NCBI GenBank assembly: GCA_958009085.1
Contig: OY253668.1
Span: 2,108,001-2,148,294 of the forward strand
Length of the DNA: 40,294 bases
Source of the DNA: Protoeuglena noctilucae
Lineage: Eukaryota
Direction of reading: 5' to 3'
Below, in pieces: positions 36,207-40,294 of the stretch (within the stretch, counting starts at the first letter, position 1; each line of letters begins with the position of its first letter). The notes under the pieces were generated by a model that was given only the letters and a program-made list of their open reading frames with translations, had not been told where the DNA came from and did not search any database. The translations under genes were made by a program, and so were the position numbers.

Positions 36207-36891
36207 CGTGCCCGCTCTCCTCCTGCAGAAAGCGGCCGCACGTGCTGTCTCTACGCCGCGCGCGGTCAGCGGGGCTCACAGGGCGAGTACTGATACAAAA
36301 AGCCAGCGCTTCTCAGCGCAGCACACCTTGTCGGTGTCCGCACCCTCCGAGGCCCTCGATGCCGAGGCTAGATCCAATCCGGGGGCGTTAGAGATGCCTG
36401 CCGAACGGGCGCGCCCAGGTTGTTCTGCAATGAGGGGAAAAGGCAAGGAAAGGAGCACTTTGCCCGAGCAGGGCTGGCCAAGACACACTAGTGCCTTGCA
36501 TGTCGTGACCTTCGCATGCATCCGGGGGCGTCCTCGTCGAGAAAGGAACCCGGAGAGCGTCAAACATAGCAGATACATTCACGGACAGCAGGAAAGGCAT
36601 CATTGTCGTCACCTCAATGCGAGGAAGCTCCAGCGCAAGCAAAGAAAGGGCGAATTCCTCCTGCGCAACACAGCGTGTCAGCGAGTAGTCACAGAATGAT
36701 CCTCAGACCATTGACAGGCTGTGAATGCGAGGGGCCTCAAGCAGATGCGTGTTCCCTGGAGGCTTGCACGCGAACTGGCAGCTGCAAAACAGGCTGGCGG
36801 GGCTTCCTGCGGCAGTGGCGAGGCTTGGACTCTGCAAATCTCAAACTTCAAAACCTAAAAGCGTCACACTCCTTGGCTCAAGCCCCCGTTG

Positions 36892-38573
36892 ATGACGGGA
36901 GCGTCCCCATCCGCCCTCCTCGCCGCCTTCCCGGGCGGAGTGTACACGGCGAGGATCGCGAATGCAGCCCAAACTCGGCCTGTCGAGGCCATAACTCCTT
37001 CACGACCACGAAGTTCGCGAAATGTTGCTTACTCCCGCAGGCGGGCGTCGTGGAGCGCCCCATTCCCGGCGTCACCCTGCAGTTGCGGCACGAAGCCCTC
37101 CACGTGGCGCGATTGGCGCAGGGCGTCGCTCTCCACGCCGCTGCGTTTCAACAGCTGCTGGCGGCCGCGGTCCTGGATTGCGATGGCGGCGATGCCTCGC
37201 TCACGGGGCTCCTGTGCCCGGGGGAGGAGGCGGTTATGGACGGGGCCGTGACGCGGGCGCTGGAAGAAGCAAGGGTGGGAGAAGGCTCTGAGTGGACGGC
37301 ACGGGCGCTGGCTGCGACGGGGGCGGCTCTGCGGGCGGAGGTGCTTGCGGCGCTGTCGGAGGCGGTGCAAGCGTCTGAGGGCTCTGCCGCGTGGGAGACG
37401 GGGGCAGAGGCCATGGCGGTGGTGGTGGTGGGGCCGGAGGGGACCTCGAGGCCGTGCTCGTGTCCCTGCCGCGTCAGGGAGGGGGCGGTCGTGTGTGCGC
37501 TCGTCTGCCCGCTCCCCGCACCCTCTGCTGGGCTGGGGCAGCCGCCCTGGGCCGCGGTCCGCGAGGGCCGGCGCAGGGACGGGCCGCCGCTCTCCAAGGT
37601 GGGCTGCGACGCGCGCCTGGCCCCGGGCTGCTCCCTGCCTCGGTCCTGGTTGGGGGGGTTGCCCCCGCGACCACCGACCCAGCTCCTTGCTCTGTTGCCA
37701 CCGCGCAGTACTGCGCATGGGTGACCGAGCGCGCCGCGATCACCACGGGCTTGGGACCGGGGTGCGTGGATGTGGTGATGGCGGCGCGGGACGGGGAGGA
37801 TGGGGCGCGGGTGCTGGTTGAGGGAGCGGTCACATCGCTGTTTGTGGTGGCGGACGCACGAGCCGCGAGGGTGCAGGCGAGAGGGATGGGGCAGGGATGC
37901 GGCAGCGGCGTGGACGGCGTCGGGCGAGCTGAATTATTGCAGCCTGTGTCCGCGCTGTGTGCAGGCAGAGTCCGTGGCAGAGAGGGGTGCAGAGCCGGAC
38001 AGGGTGCGAAGAGCGCGGGCATGGGCGAGGGCGCTGGAGGCGGCGCTGCCAGTCTCACCGACAGACTGGTCGGATGCGGTAAGTGGGGTCGCTGCGGCTG
38101 CGACACAGCCAGCGGTGCTCTTTGGCACAGCCGTGTGCCAGCACAGGACACCGATGCAATCGTCCAACAATGTGTCCTCCTCCACAGGGTGACCCTCCCG
38201 TAGTGCTGTGCACGGCCCCTCTTTCATTGGGAGCACTGCCCGGCATTGCGCGTGTTCGGGCGCTTCACGCTGCGGCAGACGTGGCCCTGCCAGTCCTGCT
38301 GGCCGCCCCGCCTGCCGAGCTGTGGGGTTGCCGGGAGGTGTTCCTGTGCAACGCCGTCCGGTGGGTGCGCCGGCTCCTCTACCTGGTCATGTCAGGCATG
38401 GCACGTCCCCTTCACTGACGCCCCTTGTTCCCAGCCCACCCGCGTGCAGGGGCATGCTTCCGTTGGCCGCGTTGCGGGACGGTGGCGAGGGCGGGGCTCT
38501 GCTCTGGGCCGCCCGCGCAGAGGATGGCTGCCCCGGCCCCGTCACCCGGGCCCTGGCCGCAAGGCTGGTGTGA
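36892..38573 (+). CDS. Class IV PLP-dependent aminotransferase-like protein (D-amino-acid aminotransferase / ADC-lyase fold), 6 exons
   Basis: GGVYT, HVARL, SK|YCAWVTER, EGAVTSLFVV, ALPGIAR, EVFLCNAVRG and PGPVT match the fold-type IV motif order. GC donors at 36949 and 37877. Confidence 0.78.
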
Positions 38574-38851
38574 TGCCTTCAAGTGCTAGCCCGCGTCGAC
38601 GGCATCCGCGGTCGCTAGCAACGTGTCGAAGATCCCTCTGCTAACGCTAAGGTTCGGAGAGACCTGGGGAGCCCAGGGCTGCTAGGGAGGCTGAGACTGG
38701 CCAAAGCTTCCCAACGCTAGTGTCATCTCGGCAGTCGAACTGGGCTCACTGTCTCGTTGCTATGATAGGAACAGTGGAAACGCGGTCACCATCAGTCGTT
38801 GGAAGCGGATCGAGAGTCAGTCACGCAGGGTCACCCGGGCAGCGAGGCCCA

Positions 38852-39901
38852 TCACAAAAGCGGGCGCACCGCGGCCGGCTTGGGCTGCGGAGCGGGCTTC
38901 GCCGGTGCCGCATGGGGCTGCAGGGCGGCTGCGGCGGCTGCGGCCGCGACGGTGGGGTGAGCCGCGGCCTCCTCCCCTTGAACCGTGCGCACGGTGACGA
39001 CGCCCACTGCGGGGCGGGCATGGCGATGCGCGGCGGTGGGTGGGGGTCGAACAGAGCAGGCCACCGTTCCACGACCGTCGCGCGGGGTGCCTACCCAGCC
39101 ACTCACCGTTCTGTGTGGGCTTGACGCCCCACTCCGATAGCCTCGCCATGACGAACCCCACCAGCTTGTCCCGCGCGGCGCTCCCCATGCCCTTGACGTG
39201 CTCGTTGAAGGCCCACTCATAGTACACGGCTAGCCGCATTTTGAGGCCGTTCTCCGGGCACTGCTGCTTGCGCACCGACACGCCGCCCCCGAAGCTGGAG
39301 GGGTCCTGGGGGCGCGGGCAGAGGAGGCGATGGGCGAGACCTGCCTGGCCGGGGCACCACCCGCCCCTCCCCGCCCCCACCTGCGCCATTGCCCTGGCAG
39401 GACCGCATCTGCGCCCCGAAGCCCCCCTCACTGACCCCCCTCGCTGCCCGCACCTTGGCAGTGAATTCCTGCAGCGCCGCGAGCAGTCGGTCGAAGATGG
39501 CCGGGGGCGTGTCCACGTCCACCCAGATGGCGAACTCGTCCCACTTGTTGCCGCTGATGCTGCAGTTGATGACCACCTCCGAGAAGAGCACCACGTTGGG
39601 CCAGAAGTAGAGCTGCTGCTGGGAGTCCTGGAGCACTTGGGACGAGAGGAGTGGCGCGCGGTGAGCGGGGGGCACGCATCGGGCGGGCGAACCCACCCAC
39701 CGATGCCGTCCATGGGCCCAGGCATTGCAGTCGTGGCACGTGCACGCGCGTCCCACCGGTGCTGAAGAGCCGCATCTCCTTGACCTTAAACCACTGGCCT
39801 CTCACGATGATCGAGTCCTCAACGTCGAAGGGGTGGACCGTGAAGTGGACCAGCATGATCTCGAAGATGCGCTGTAAGGTGCCACCAAAGACGAACGTGA
39901 A
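38852..39901 (-). CDS. MscS-like (MSL) mechanosensitive channel, 3' half only; 5' part cut off by the telomere
   Basis: FTFVFGGTLQRIFEIMLVHFTVHPFDVED, VKEMRLFSTVL, WPNVVLFSEVVINCSIS and the C-terminal cage region, over 4 intact exons. Immediately upstream in frame is telomere-derived TAA CCC. Confidence 0.85.
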
Positions 39902-40294
39902 GGGTTAGGGTAAGGTAAGGTTAGGTTTTAGGTAGGGTTAGGCAGGTTTAGGTAGTTTTTTTTTGGGTAGGTTTTAGGTTTAGGGTTAGGTAGTTTTTTT
40001 GGTAGGGTCAGGCAGTTTTAGGGTTAGGGTCAGGCTCAGGGGTTAGGGTTAGATTAGTTTTTGGTTAGGTTAGGGTTAGGTTAGGGTTAGGGTAGGGTTA
40101 GGGTTAGGGTTAGGGTAAGGGTTAGGGTTAGGGTTAGGGTAGGGTTAGGGTAGGGTTAGGGTTAGGGTTAGGGTTAGGGTTAGGGTTAGGGTTAGGGTTA
40201 GGGTTAGGGTTAGGGTTAGGGTTAGGGTTAGGGTTAGGGTTAGGGTTAGGGTTAGGGTTAGGGTTAGGGTTAGGGTTAGGGTTAGGGTTAGGGT
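39901..40294 (+). repeat. Telomeric array (TTAGGG)n; degenerate 39901-~40155, perfect to the end of the window
   Basis: The G-rich strand runs 5'->3' toward the end of the sequence, as expected for a chromosome terminus. Confidence 0.96.

Noticed and set aside
1..40294. Prokaryotic systems (CRISPR, operons), transposases, tRNA/rRNA genes
   Set aside because: None recognised by eye; gatB, ZDS and nad9 are intron-containing nuclear genes of organellar ancestry, not bacterial contamination.

Overview
GC-rich, gene-dense, intron-rich eukaryotic nuclear DNA, most consistent with a chlorophyte green alga (chlorophyte-type ZDS N-terminus, organelle-targeted GatB, TGTAA poly(A) signals, nuclear nad9). 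It is the last ~40 kb of a chromosome arm and ends in a TTAGGG telomere. I hand-spliced 14 protein-coding loci: F-box/ankyrin, a large coiled-coil protein (spanning a 200-N gap), Mn-SOD, SRAP/HMCES, NDUFS3/nad9, a multi-pass membrane protein, ZDS, SEC63, gatB, RPB5, an Aurora-like kinase, a dynein light chain, a class IV aminotransferase-like protein and an MscS-like channel. Two things stand out. First, non-canonical GC-AG introns are pervasive: 13 of 35 introns placed by hand in seven conserved genes, typically AG|GCGAG. Second, the telomere is fused directly into a coding exon of the MscS-like gene, removing its 5' half, with no subtelomeric buffer. All gene models are manual and not confirmed by RNA-seq or database searches.
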